Source of the DNA: Macrostomum lignano
Lineage: Eukaryota
NCBI GenBank assembly: GCA_002269645.1
Contig: NIVC01002070.1
Location: forward strand, 62,001 to 126,000
Direction of reading: 5' to 3'
DNA length: 64,000 nucleotides
Shown here in pieces: positions 47,994 through 59,000 of the stretch. Numbering within the stretch: the first letter of the stretch is position 1; each line of letters opens with the position of its first letter. The notes beneath the pieces are model-generated. The model had not been told where the DNA came from and did not search any database. It saw only the letters and a list, made by a program, of their open reading frames with translations. Position numbers and translations under genes: made by a program.

Positions 47994-48939
47994 TAGATAG
48001 CGAGAAAGAGCGAGCGAAGCGAGCTCTTTCGAGCTTGCTTGCCGCAGCCAATCAAGCTGAAAGCACGCACACAAGATCACCGGAAACAATTAAGGCAGCT
48101 GGAAAGCCAATGGGCGCTATCTATAGATAGATAGGTAGGTAGATATGCCATAACGAAGACTAAGACTAACCAAACCATGATTCCCCCCGCCAAGGTGCAG
48201 ACCGGGGTGGTGATCTGCTACGGCATGCAGCTGTCGGCCACGGCGGTGCTGCTCGGCCTGTTCCTGCCCAGGATTTACATCGTGATCGCGCGGCCGGAGA
48301 AGAACACGAAGGAGGCCATCATGTGCCGGGCAAGGTCGCAGGGAACGCTCAACAATGCAAAATACTCGCAGGCTGAGATTCGAAATTCCCTCAGTGAGAA
48401 TTCTGGCACGCATGGCCCTTTGATGAGTTTTCTCGCCTCATTTTTTGGAAAGACATGGAAATTAGGATGACGCAGCACCAAATCGATTAATTATTCTGCA
48501 TCGTTAATGCCAATCTCCTTCATCATCCAACCGAGCAGGCTCCATCGCCCACGACGCTGCCAGCACGGTGGACCCGACGATCCCAGCATCTCCGGACACT
48601 GTCCGCTGCCTCAGCGACTCCGGCCGTTCGAGACGTCGAGACAACGGCGGCAGGCAGCTCCGCCGCGAGAATTCGGACCCAGGCAGCGGCCGCCGAAAGC
48701 AGACCGTGCAGCAGCAGTCGGGCTGCGACTGCCGGGTGCACAGAAACGCGTCCTTCACCGACGCTGGCACATCAACGTCCATGCAGCTGCACCGGCAGCA
48801 GTCGCCGCCGCCGTGGACGTCGGCCGAGACAAGAAGGAACAAAGCCGACAACGGACTGGAGGCCGACGGCGTCAAATACTTTTTCGAGTCACCGGAGTCG
48901 CCGCAGTGGGACTGCGCCCAGTTCACCACCACAGTCTGA
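24478..48939 (+). CDS. Class C GPCR, metabotropic-glutamate-receptor-like, about 1101 aa. Exons 24478-25056, 26828-26940, 31910-32133, 35686-36183, 36562-36723, 41144-41257, 42618-42774, 44140-44450, 46398-46945, 48195-48393, 48539-48939
   Basis: Signal peptide; Venus-flytrap motifs GDLLLGGLFPLH, DTC, VPQ|ISYLSTS, YFLRTVPSD, NWTYV, WIGTDTW, NPWLREWFE, FVSDAVHAFA, DGPPEY; 9-Cys domain (SRCANDC, CCWICIKC, CQTC, C); 7TM motifs TPLIKASGRE, AILAKTNRIARIF, RKVPDGFNESR, LFLPRIYIVIARPEKN; C-terminus TTTV*. Exon phases chain without a frameshift. The exon 5 and 10 acceptors and the exon 10 donor are less certain. Confidence 0.9.
25098..25320. repeat. 48-bp tandem repeat, GPCR intron 1, about 4.5 copies
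   Basis: Unit GTGTCACTCATTGAGTCTCATTTCGTGTCTAACACACTGTCTCACCCT. Confidence 0.92.
25785..26330. repeat. About 34-bp tandem repeat, GPCR intron 1, about 16 copies
   Basis: Unit CCCCAAAGCACCAGTGTCTGGAAGATGTTGACCT, grading into a shorter variant at the 5' end. Confidence 0.93.
26933..28045. repeat. 24-bp tandem repeat seeded on the exon 2 donor, about 46 copies, with a 481-bp higher-order duplication
   Basis: Unit TGACCTGCTCAGGTGAGTCATGGT. The rare variant CATGGGTAGACC recurs at about 27067 and 27548. Confidence 0.95.
28060..28200 (+). mobile_element. 5'-truncated copy of the tRNA-derived SINE family
   Basis: CCAACCCCAAGGCGCAG..AGTGTACATGC..CCGCTGTACACCCTG matches the SINE body at 34645-34725. 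Confidence 0.6.
28696..30354. repeat. 33-bp tandem repeat, GPCR intron 2, about 50 copies
   Basis: Unit GCTTGAGTTCCAGTTCTCATGAAATTCTCA(CCG/TCA). A distinctive variant block recurs at about 29255 and 30080. Confidence 0.97.
30990..31862. repeat. 34-bp tandem repeat ending about 45 nt before exon 3
   Basis: Unit TCAATCATGAGCTCATGATCTCATTTATGAACTG, containing the palindrome TCATGAGCTCATGA. Confidence 0.95.
32175..32600. repeat. Degenerate repeat of about 22 bp at the start of GPCR intron 3
   Basis: Unit approximately GGGGATTACGGCGAGGAATCTA. Confidence 0.85.
33060..34508. repeat. Purine-rich 23-26 bp tandem repeat, about 58 copies
   Basis: Unit approximately GAGTAGACAAAGGGAGAGGAGAGA; extreme purine strand bias. 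Confidence 0.97.
34509..34860 (+). mobile_element. tRNA-derived SINE
   Basis: Head GGGGCCGTAGCCCAGTGGTAGC has an A-box (34516-34526) and a B-box GGCTCGATTCC (34558-34568). The body is shared with copies at 28060, 36240 (inverted) and 37580. Confidence 0.75.
35470..35660. repeat. 58-59 bp tandem repeat, 3.3 copies, ending about 25 nt before exon 4
   Basis: Unit GCTAAAAATAGACCCGGGAAAACCCCTCACCCGTCCGCCGTAAGCTGCAGCGCATCTCA. Confidence 0.92.
36240..36438 (-). mobile_element. tRNA-derived SINE, antisense, in GPCR intron 4
   Basis: Reverse complement reads GGGGCAGAGCAGCCCAGAGGTG...CTGGTTCGATTCCG... followed by the CCCAAGGC..AGTGTACATGCCT..GCTGTACACCCTGTGTGAG body. Confidence 0.7.
36948..37530. repeat. 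15-bp tandem repeat, about 39 copies
   Basis: Unit GGGAGAGTGTACATT. Confidence 0.97.
37580..37790 (+). mobile_element. 3' body of the same SINE family
   Basis: GGGCCGCTGTACACTCCTGTGTGAGTGTGTGCCTG..CGTACGTATCCGCGCGCTTGT..ATGTCGCTTAAAGTGC matches 34698-34835. Confidence 0.7.
38088..39480. repeat. 20-bp palindrome-rich tandem repeat, about 70 copies
   Basis: Unit GATATCGATGGCGCCAATTG; homogeneous at the 5' end and decaying towards the 3' end. Confidence 0.97.
40030..40510. repeat. Pyrimidine-rich 21-bp tandem repeat
   Basis: Unit CTCTCACTCCCCTGCCTCTCT. Confidence 0.95.
41358..42412. repeat. 35-bp tandem repeat, GPCR intron 6, about 30 copies
   Basis: Unit CATAAATCCCAAAGCCGATCTCAGATCCCATCAAT. 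Confidence 0.95.
42788..44040. repeat. 24-bp tandem repeat filling GPCR intron 7, about 52 copies
   Basis: Unit TCATG(C/T)CTGTTTTTATGACGATGG, starting about 14 nt after the exon 7 donor. Confidence 0.97.
44510..44740. repeat. 31-32 bp tandem repeat containing TGACGTCA, about 8 copies
   Basis: Unit TGACGTCATTCACCTCTGATATCACCAGTTG. Confidence 0.92.
45192..46358. repeat. Essentially perfect 14-bp tandem repeat, about 83 copies
   Basis: (GGATCTAGGATCTG)n, a dimer of a 7-mer, ending about 40 nt before the exon 9 acceptor. Confidence 0.99.
46966..47531. repeat. 14-bp (TCTTTGATCCCGTG)n followed by 7-bp (CAGATCC)n, at the start of GPCR intron 9
   Basis: The first array spans about 46966-47362 and the second about 47363-47531. 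Confidence 0.93.
47905..48000. repeat. (GATA)n microsatellite
   Basis: Imperfect GATA run. Confidence 0.95.
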
Positions 48940-49007
48940 CTGTCGGGCAGAGGCCGACCCCGGATGCGCTTCTCTAGCAACCATGGCTGGTTTCCATGGA
49001 GATGCGC

Positions 49008-50470
49008 AATTGATAGAGCTGATCTATTGATCTCTATGATTGATTGATAGAGCTGATCCATTGATCTATGATTAATGATAGAGCTGATCGATTGATTTAT
49101 GATTAATTGATAGAGCTGATCGAGTGATCTATGATTGATTGATAGAGCAGATCTATTGATCTCTATGATTGATTGATAGAGCGGATCCATTGATCTATGA
49201 TTGATGATAGAGCTGATCGATTGATTTATGATTAATTGATACAGCTGATCGAGTGATCTATGATTGATTGATAGAGCTGATTGATTGATCTATAATTGAT
49301 GATAAAGCTGATCGAGTGATCTATGATTGATTGATAGAGCTGATCCATTGATGTATGATTGATGATAGAGCTGATCGATTGATTTATGATTAATTGATAG
49401 AGCTGATCGAGTGATCTATGATTGATTGATAGAGCTGATTGATTGATCTATAATTGATGATAAAGCTGATCGAGTGATCTATGATTGATTGATAGAGCTG
49501 ATCGATTGATTTATGATTAATTGATAGAGCTGATCGAGTGATCTTTGATTGATGATAGAGCTGATCGATTGATTTATGATTAATTGATAGAGCTGATCGA
49601 GTGATCTATGATTGATTGATAGAGCTGATTGATTGATCTATAATTGATGATAAAGCTGATCGAGTGATCTATGATTGATTGATAGAGCTGATCCATTGAT
49701 CTATGATTGATGATAGAGCTGATCGATTGATTTATGATTGATTAATAGAGCTGATCCATTGATCTATGATTGATTGATAGAGCTGATCGATTGATAGAGC
49801 TGATGATCTCTATGATTGATTGATAGAGTTGATCCATTGATATATGATCGATTGATAGAGCTGATCCATTGATATATGATTGATTGATGGAGCTGATCCA
49901 TTGATATATGATTGATTGATAGAGCTGATCCATTGATATATGATTGATTGATAGAGTTGATCCATTGATCTATGATTGATTGATAGAGCTGATCCATTGA
50001 TCTATGATTGATTGATAGAGCTGATCCATTGATCTATGATTGATTGATAGAGCTGATCCATTGATCTATGATTGATTGATAGAGCTGATCCATTGATCTA
50101 TGATTGATTGATAGAGCTGATCCATTGATCTATGATTGATTGATAGAGCTGATCCATTGATCTATGATTGATTGATAGAGTTGATCCATTGATCTATGAT
50201 TGATTGATAGAGCTGATCTATTGATCTCTATGATTGATTGATAGAGCTGATCCATTGATCTATGATTGATGATAGAGCTGATCTATTGATCTCTATGATT
50301 GATTGATAGAGCTGATCCATTGATCTATGATTGATGATAGAGCTGATCGATTGATTTATGATTAATTGATAGAGCTGATCGAGTGATCTATGATTGATTG
50401 ATAGAGCTGATCCATTGATATATGATTGATTGATAGAGCTGATCCATTGATCTATGATTGATTGATATTA
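49008..50470. repeat. About 32-bp tandem repeat starting about 70 nt after the GPCR stop codon, about 45 copies
   Basis: Unit GATAGAGCTGATCCATTGATCTATGATTGATT. Confidence 0.96.
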
Positions 50471-51257
50471 ATCAATTATTCTGTGATTGGTAGGTAAGAG
50501 CTGATCAATTGATTAAATTTACATTAATGGTGCATGACACAATGAATAATTCATCAAGCAATTCCCTGTTGTTACTATTTCCCAAAACGCCGTATTTACG
50601 CCTCTCGTACACGCGACACGTCCGCAAGGCAAAGTCGTAATCTACATTCGTAATCCCAAGAAAACAGCCGTTTTTCTTGTTGTCAAAGTCCTGCAGCAAC
50701 GCGTTCCGCGCCCAGGAGCCCGCATTTCGATCTGTGCGAAATAGCACTAGAAATGCATATTTACTTAGCTAGTGAACGCCTGGCACTTGCAGCTGCGGAA
50801 CACCTCGAGAAAAATTTACAATGCAATCATTTAAATTCGTGCGTTTTTAACTACACACTCTACTTAAAGTAGAAGAAATCTACGTTGAAACAAAATAAAA
50901 AAGTATAAGCTACGCGGCCGAAATGTTTTATAACTAATAATTGCACTTATGTTTGCATAGAAATGGGTTAGCAGGCTTGCGTGCATTTATTATCAATTAC
51001 TATAAGTAGTTCTTGCGCGAATAACGGTTAAAACAGCTAGACGATTTCTAAAGTAAGAAAATTAGGAGAACAACTAATTTACAGCGACTGGGCTACTTCC
51101 ACATGCTTGCCTGGTTGACGGGGCAGATATTTGTACAGCTATTGGCATATTGGTTCATAACAATAGGAATGCTGGATTGGATACTGTTAATTCCACTTTG
51201 AGCAGGAGCACTGTACGAGTATGAGATTGGTGCCGCTGGAGAGCAGATAGACAAGCT

Positions 51258-51350
51258 AGTCTGTCTGTTTTAGTGTTTTTCTTTAGTGTCGGTCCGTCTG
51301 TCTGTCTTTGTGTCTGTCTGTCTTTGTGTCTGTCTGTCTTTGTGTCTTTG

Positions 51351-51395
<45 letters not shown>

Positions 51396-51625
51396 TATTG
51401 TTTGTCTTTAGTCTCTGTCCGTCTGTCTGTCCATGTGTCTGTCTGTCTGTCTGTCTTATTGTTTGTCTTTAGTCTCTGTCCGTCTGTCTGTCCGTCTGTC
51501 TTTGAGTCTGTCTGCCCGTCTGTCTGTCTTAGTGTCTGTCTGTCTGCCTTTATGTCTGTCTGTCTGCCTTTATGTCTGTCTGTCTGCCCTTGTGTCTGTC
51601 TGTTCTACTGTCTGTGTGTTTACGT
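51258..51625. repeat. Degenerate (CTGT)n-rich tract
   Basis: Interrupted CTGT/GTCT runs with an internal duplication of TTATTGTTTGTCTTTAGTCTCTGTCC. Confidence 0.85.
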
Positions 51626-53055
51626 GGACTTTTTGGAAGTTCAGTAGCCTCGTTAGCTGGACCACCCGGTGTAGGTAGACCACTTAGGTGGACCACCAAA
51701 TAATTTTGTCTCTGGTGGGGTTAAGACGTTGATGAGGATCTCAAATTAATGTCAGGCGGGTCAAGAAGGGCTCTAGCAATTTTGGAATGTCTAGCATGGT
51801 TTTTTCCAAAGTTATTCGCATTTCAGTTTAGCTGGACCTCCAGCCTGGTCTACCTAAACCGAGCGAGTCTGGTCCACGTAAACCGAAAAATTTCAGAAAA
51901 TTTTTCGAAAATCGTCTGTTTGTGTCTGTTTGTGTCTGTTTGTGTCTGTTTGTGTATAGCAGTTATTAAGCATAGATTCGATGCAAAACTGAATTTTTTT
52001 ACATATCATTACCTTACGAACAAATGGCTATGTTAACATCATATTATGACCGCCACTGGCCTTAAAACAATATGCGTTAAAATTCTTTGACATTCAAGTA
52101 GGTACGCAGGTTAATTTAAAATTCTGACAACCTCGTATGCGAAATGAATTTTATATAGTAAACTTTAAACTCCATTTAATTAGCTCAGTTCCAGCAATTC
52201 CGGTATCGTACTCTGAGCAGAGACTCACAGAGTAAGACACCAATGTAAAGAAATCCAATTTACTAACCAGATCAAGCGATAAAGACTCCGAGACAAGAAA
52301 GATATTTAAGTGAAGCTTAAACAATATTCTTCAATGACTTCTCAAGAACTCCCAGTGGTCCTTGATAGCCACACTGTGTAAATGAAAATTTCTGAGGCTC
52401 TACCATTACACAAGAAAAAATTAATAGCAACTTCATAAATTAAGTGCTTGCCAACTCTATCGCAAACACTATGGGATATCTTGAAGAAGAAGATCCTAAG
52501 CTGCAGCCTTTTAAGTGCAAAGTTGAAGATGCAATTTACCTAATTGAAAAGGGCCATTCATACATGTACATGCAAAATCAAGAGGACGCAATTAAGAAGG
52601 GCCTTTTAGCTAGAAATTGGGTCTCTGAATCTCTAGCAAAAGATCGACTTGATTGCGGTCCCAGTAAAACTAAGAACGCATTAACAGTCGGCCTAACACT
52701 AACTGTCTGTTTGGTCCACGTAAACACATTTGCAGGAGTATAGGGTTGGAACAGACAGACAGACAGACCTCCCTTTCTATAATTGGCTGGTTAACACTTA
52801 GGAGGAAAGATCAACCCCAACGATGGGACCGACCTCAGCCAATAGGAAACCCGCAAGGGTTCTGAAGGTAAGACTGTAGAGAGAGGGATATATAATGTCT
52901 AAGCGGGTGGTCCCCGTAAACCATGGCGTAGTTAGACCACACACAGACAGTTTTATAAATTAGAACTGATTCTATTCACACTTATTAGGTCTAACATTAT
53001 TTTCCATACTCTAAGTTTCATCTATAGATAAATTTATTGTGCCAAGCAAGATATA

Positions 53056-56000
53056 ATGACCCGAAAAAAAAACAAAAAGGACGCCAAGCCTAAGCCTAAG
53101 GTAAAACCTAAAAAAACTGCGACGCAAAAAGCCACTGCAAAATCGACGAAGGCCGCATCGCCTGGTGAAAACCGACAGTCTGCTCGCAAAACCATCGACA
53201 CCGAGTCCAGAAAAGTGAGTTTCGTTTGATGATCTCAAAATAGCTAATTGCAAGGCCTATCTAACCTACAGACACAACTGAAGCAGCTCTCTCAGTCTGT
53301 TTGGGGCTTTGGCTCACAGAGCTGTCTTGAAAGTTTAGTGCAGGAATGCTTACGTTTCTTGGAATGCAATCAGAACAGATTCTTAGAAAGCGAGCTGGTC
53401 CACCATGAGATCAGAATGTCTGCACTGTGTAAATGAATGGTCTCTAGGCATTCCGACTCAGATTATCGCCTAGTAGTGCTGTAGAGAAGGTGGTCCACCT
53501 AACCTACAGACACAACTGAAGCAGCTCTCTCAGTCTGAGGGTCACACGGATACACTGCAGCGGTTTTGAATTTAAGCTTCCGACTTTGACTTGTCTTTTT
53601 ATTCTCTAACTTCCTAGGAGCCTGAGGTCGAATTTCGTTCTCCTGAGCTCGACCAGTCTGACGCTTCGAAAAAGTTGAAATCGCGCTCTACGTCTGCATC
53701 ACGCCTTGATGAAGGCGCTCAGTCGCACAACGCTACCGCGGATGCAGGCGCTACTCCAGCCTCGAAGAAGGCCGCATCGCCAGGTGAAAATCGTCGGTCT
53801 ACTGGCAAATCCGTCGACACCGAGTCCAGAAAAGTGAGTTTCGCTTGATGATCTCAAAGTAGCTAGCTGCAACTCAATTGCTGTAGAGAAGCTGGTCCAC
53901 CTAACCTACAGACACAACTGAAGCAGCTCTCTCAGTCTGTTTGGGGCTTTGAATCTTGGAAGGTGGTCCACCTAACCTACAGACACATCTGAAGCAGCTT
54001 TCTCAGTCTGTTTGGGGCTTTGACTCTTATAAGGTGGTCCACCTAACCTACAGACACAACTGAAGCAGCTTTCTCAGTCTGTTTGGGGCCTTGGCTCTCA
54101 GAGCTGTCTTGAAAGTTTAGTGCGGGAATGTTTCCGTTTCTTGGAATGCAATCAGAACAGATTCTTAGAAAGCGAGCTGGTCCACCATGAGATCAGAATG
54201 TCTGCACTGTGTAAATGAATGGTCTCTAGACATTCCGACTCAGATTATCGCCTAGTAGTGCTGTAGAGAAGGTGGTCCACCTAACCTACAAACTCAACTG
54301 GAGCAGCTCTCTCAGTCTGTTTGAGGGTCACACGTAGGGATGTCGACCCCGGGGAGTGCTCCCCGGGGCCCCGGGGAGCTTGTCGGGGAATATTCCCCGG
54401 GGAATTGAACCGGGGACCCCGGGGAGAAAAATGCATTTTTAACCTAATTTTTGCCATTAAAATAAGAAAATAATTCACAGAGAGCTGATTGAAACTCTGT
54501 CTATGCTTTTCTTACCGCATAACTGCTTATCTCAATGTAAAATTTCAAACGCAACACACGTTTGAATGTTTTTTCACTACGAGTCCTTCAATCAAGCAAA
54601 TTTCACCTAAAAACCCGTCAGGAAAAAGAAGCTTTACTGACTACTGTGTTGGTCTGCGTTGACGGCTTGACGGAATTTGACGCAGGCACAGCGCTGCGTC
54701 CTGCGGACGCATGGGGGTGTCATACAATAACAAAATGCTCCCTATTAGACAAGGACAATGTCTGCTAGAAATAAAAATTTTGATTTTAAAAACAGTCTCA
54801 TTCATTAATTATCCTCCCACGAGCGTAGCTGCTGAGCATGCATTTTCCGCCTCCACACCACAGTCTGGACTCCTTCTGACAAAGGTGCACGCACGATTTG
54901 ATGATGCCACGTTGTCAAATACAGTTTTAAATAAACACAAGCTCCCCGGGGTCGACATCCCTACTACAACCAAGGGATATAGGCATTTCTTAGGAGCCAT
55001 TTAAATTTTAAAGTGATCTTATGCGAATTTTAATGTTAAAAGCTTCATGCTGTAACTAACTAATTTAGTAGGATTGCATTGTAATCAGTTATTCATTAAT
55101 TTTTCGCTATTTTTACAAACCATCCCACGTTGTCTTGACTCTTGATTTGCCATCTACTGTTATAACTGAGCCTGAAGACTTGTCTATACAGAGGACAGTG
55201 TTTTGAATCTCTGGCTAAACTGTCTCTCCTCTCTGCGCCTCTCCACTCGCGGGGTACAGAGAAGGCTATTAAAAAGTTATTCCAAAACACTGTACATTCG
55301 CTATGTACATTAAGCCCAATCGCCTGACCCTTCGTCTGGGGGGTCTGGGCTGGTGGAATGAGTGAGCGGCACAAACAACAGAAAAAGCAGACAAACTTCA
55401 CATGCTTACAGTTTCTGTCCTGATTGAGATACAGAGTTGAGACTTTACATTTAGATAGAGAATGAGTCAATAAAGAATTGCGTCAAATTTGAAGTCAATC
55501 GCTTCACGTGGAGCAAGCTTATGACAGCCGAAAGTTAGTCATTTTAAACCTATTTACACTCCTTTGCCCAGATCGGGAAAGAGAGGCAGGCGGGCGGAGG
55601 TTGGGGTGGTTGCCTCGCTGAAAAAACAGTTAATTTTAAAGTGCACAGCGCCTTTCAGGATTAACTTTGAGACTTGAATTTTACACGGTTGAAAGGATCG
55701 GTAGAAGTGGAGCGGCGCTATGGAGGATTTAGTAAAAAATCGCGCATTTTGAGCAGTTTTTGCACTTTTAGGTAGGAAGACTTGAGTTTAGGAAATTTTA
55801 AGGTAGCCTAAGACATTCTCCGTAGTAAATTTAGGGCGGGTGCAAAAGTTATCGTAATTTGGTTGAGCGGTTTGGGACTTGGGAGTCCATAGCAAAGTAA
55901 TTTGTACACAGACACACACGCAGACAGAGTTTTCATTTTTATAGGTAGAGATTGTTTAGTTTTTACCCTTGCGCCTTGAACATGTAGTCTAAAGCTAAAA

Positions 56001-59000
56001 TCAAAGTTTAAAATGCCATTTAAGATCTAAGCCAAAGTTATTCGCCGTTTTTAACTTATTTTTAATTTTCCCCGGGGTCCCCGGGGAATGACAGTAAATT
56101 CCCCGGGTCCCCGATAAGAATATTCCCCGGGGAATCGACATCCCTAGTCACACGGATACACGGCAGCGGTTTTGAATTTAAGCTTCCGACGTTGACTTGT
56201 CTTTTTATTCTCTAACATCCTAGGAGCCTGAGTTCGAATTTCATTCTCCTGAGCTCGACCAGTCTGACGCTTCGAAAAAGTCGAAATCGCGCTCTGCGTC
56301 TGCATCACGCCTTGATGAAGGCTCTCAGTTGCACAACGCTACCGCGGATGCAGGCGCTACTCCAGCCTCGAAGAAGGCCGCATCGCCTGGTGAAAATCGT
56401 CGGTCTACTCGCAAATACGTCGACACCGAGTCCAGAAAAGTGAGTTTCGCTTGATGATCTCAAAGTAGCTAGCTGCAACTCAATTGCTGTAGAGAAGCTC
56501 TTAAAAGGTGGTCCACCTAACCTACAGACACAACTGAAGCAGCTCTCTCAGTCTGTTTGGGGCTTTGACTCTTATAAGGTGGTCCACCTAACCTACAGAC
56601 ACAACTGAAGCAGCTTTCTCAGTCTGTTTGGGGCTTTGACTCTTGGAAGGTGGTCCACCTAACCTACAGACACAACTGAAGCAGCTCTCTCAGTCTGTTT
56701 GGGGCTTTGACTTTTATAAGGTGGTCCACCTAACCTACAGACACAACTGATGCAGCTCTCTCAGTCTGTTTGGGGCCTTGGCTGTCAGAGCTGTCTTGAA
56801 AGTTTAGTGCGGGAATGTTTCCGTTTCTTGGAATGCAATCAGAACAGATTCTTAGAAAGCGAGCTGGTCCACCATGAGATCAGAATGTCTGCACTGTGTA
56901 AATGAATGGTCTCTAGGCATTCCGACTCAGATTATCGCCTAGTAGTGCTGTAGAGAAGGTGGTCCACCTAACCTACAGACACAACTGAAGCAGCTCTCTC
57001 AGTCTGTTTGAGGGTCACACGGATACACTGCAGCGGTTTTGAATTTAAGCTTCCGACGTTGACTTGTCTTTTTATTCTCTAACTTCCTAGGAGCCCGAGG
57101 TCGAATTTCGTTCTCCTGAGCTCGACCAGTCTGAGGCTTCGAAAAAGTTGAAATCGCGCTCTGCGTCTGCATCACGCCTTGATGAAGGCGCTCAGTCGCA
57201 CAACGCTACCGCGGATGCAAGCGCTACTCCAGCCTCGAAGAAGGCCGCATCGCCTGGTGAAAATCGTCGGTCTACTGGCAAATCCGTCGACACCGAGTCC
57301 AGAAAAGTGAGTTTCGCTTGATGATCTCAAAGTAGCTAGCTGCAACTCAATTGCTGTAGAGAAGCTGGTCCACCTAACCTACAGACACAACTGAAGCAGC
57401 TCTCTCAGTCTGTTTGGGGCTTTGAATCTTGGAAGGTGGTCCACCTAACCTACAGACACATCTGAAGCAGCTTTCTCAGTCTGTTTGGGGCTTTGACTCT
57501 TGGAAGGTGGTCCACCTAACCTACAGACACAACTGAAGCAGCTCTCTCAGTCTGTTTGGGGCTTTGACTTTTATAAGGTGGTCCACCTAACCTACAGACA
57601 CAACTGAAGCAGCTCTCTCAGTCTGTTTGGGGCTTTGACTTTTATAAGGTGGTCCACCTAACCTACAGACACAACTGAAGCAGCTCTCTCAGTCTGTTTG
57701 GGGCTTTGACTCTTAAAAAGTGGTCCACCTAACCTACAGACACAACTGAAGCAGCTCTCTCAGTCTGTTTGGGGCTTTGACTCTTGGAAGGTGGTCCACC
57801 TAACCTACAGACACAACTGAAGCAGCTCTCTCAGTCTGTTTGGGGCCTTGGCTCTCAGAGCTGTCTTGAAAGTTTAGTGCGGGAATGTTTCCGTTTCTTG
57901 GAATGCAATCAGAACAGATTCTTAGAAAGCGAGCTGGTCCACCATGAGATCAGAATGTCTGCACTGTGTAAATGAATGGTCTCTAGGCATTCCGACTCAG
58001 ATTATCGCCTAGTAGTGCTGTAGAGAAGGTGGTCCACCTAACCTACAGACACAACTGAAGCAGCTCTCTCAGTCTGTTTGAGGGTCACACGGATACACTG
58101 CAGCGGTTTTGAATTTAAGCTTCCGACGTTGACTTGTCTTTTTATTCTCTAACTTCCTAGGAGCCCGAGGTCGAATTTCGTTCTCCTGAGCTCGACCAGT
58201 CTGAGGCTTCGAAAAAGTTGAAATCGCGCTCTGCGTCTGCATCACGCCTTGATGAAGGCGCTCAGTCGCACAACGCTACCGCGGATGCAAGCGCTACTCC
58301 AGCCTCGAAGAAGGCCGCATCGCCTGGTGAAAATCGTCGGTCTACTGGCAAATCCGTCGACACCGAGTCCAGAAAAGTGAGTTTCGCTTGATGATCTCAA
58401 AGTAGCTAGCTGCAACTCAATTGCTGTAGAGAAGCTGGTCCACCTAACCTACAGACACAACTGAAGCAGCTCTCTCAGTCTGTTTGGGGCTTTGAATCTT
58501 GGAAGGTGGTCCACCTAACCTACAGACACATCTGAAGCAGCTTTCTCAGTCTGTTTGGGGCTTTGACTCTTGGAAGGTGGTCCACCTAACCTACAGATAC
58601 AACTGAAGCAGCTCTCTCAGTCTGTTTGGGGCTTTGACTTTTATAAGGTGGTCCACCTAACCTACAGACACAACTGAAGCAGCTCTCTCAGTCTGTTTGG
58701 GGCTTTGACTCTTATAAGGTGTCCACCTAACCTACAGACACAACTGAAGCAGCTCTCTCAGTCTGTTTGGGGCTTTGACTCTTAGAAGGTGGTCCACCTA
58801 ACCTACAGTCAAAACTTATGTACTGTTTAGGCGTTTCCGTAATGGAGTAATATGTGAGAAATTTTTTTTTATTTTAGTTTCTACAGGGCTGTTTGGTCGA
58901 GCAGTTTACATTGGATTCTCTTCGAGGGAAGCGAGTTTTTTTTCTGTACGGCGAAAGTCAAAAGCGACAAAAGAAGCTGGAATCTGCCGTCGTCTATTAT

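Noticed and set aside
52200-52743. 99-aa ORF and upstream broken frames, possibly a transposase relic
   Set aside because: No diagnostic motif, TIR or TSD found.
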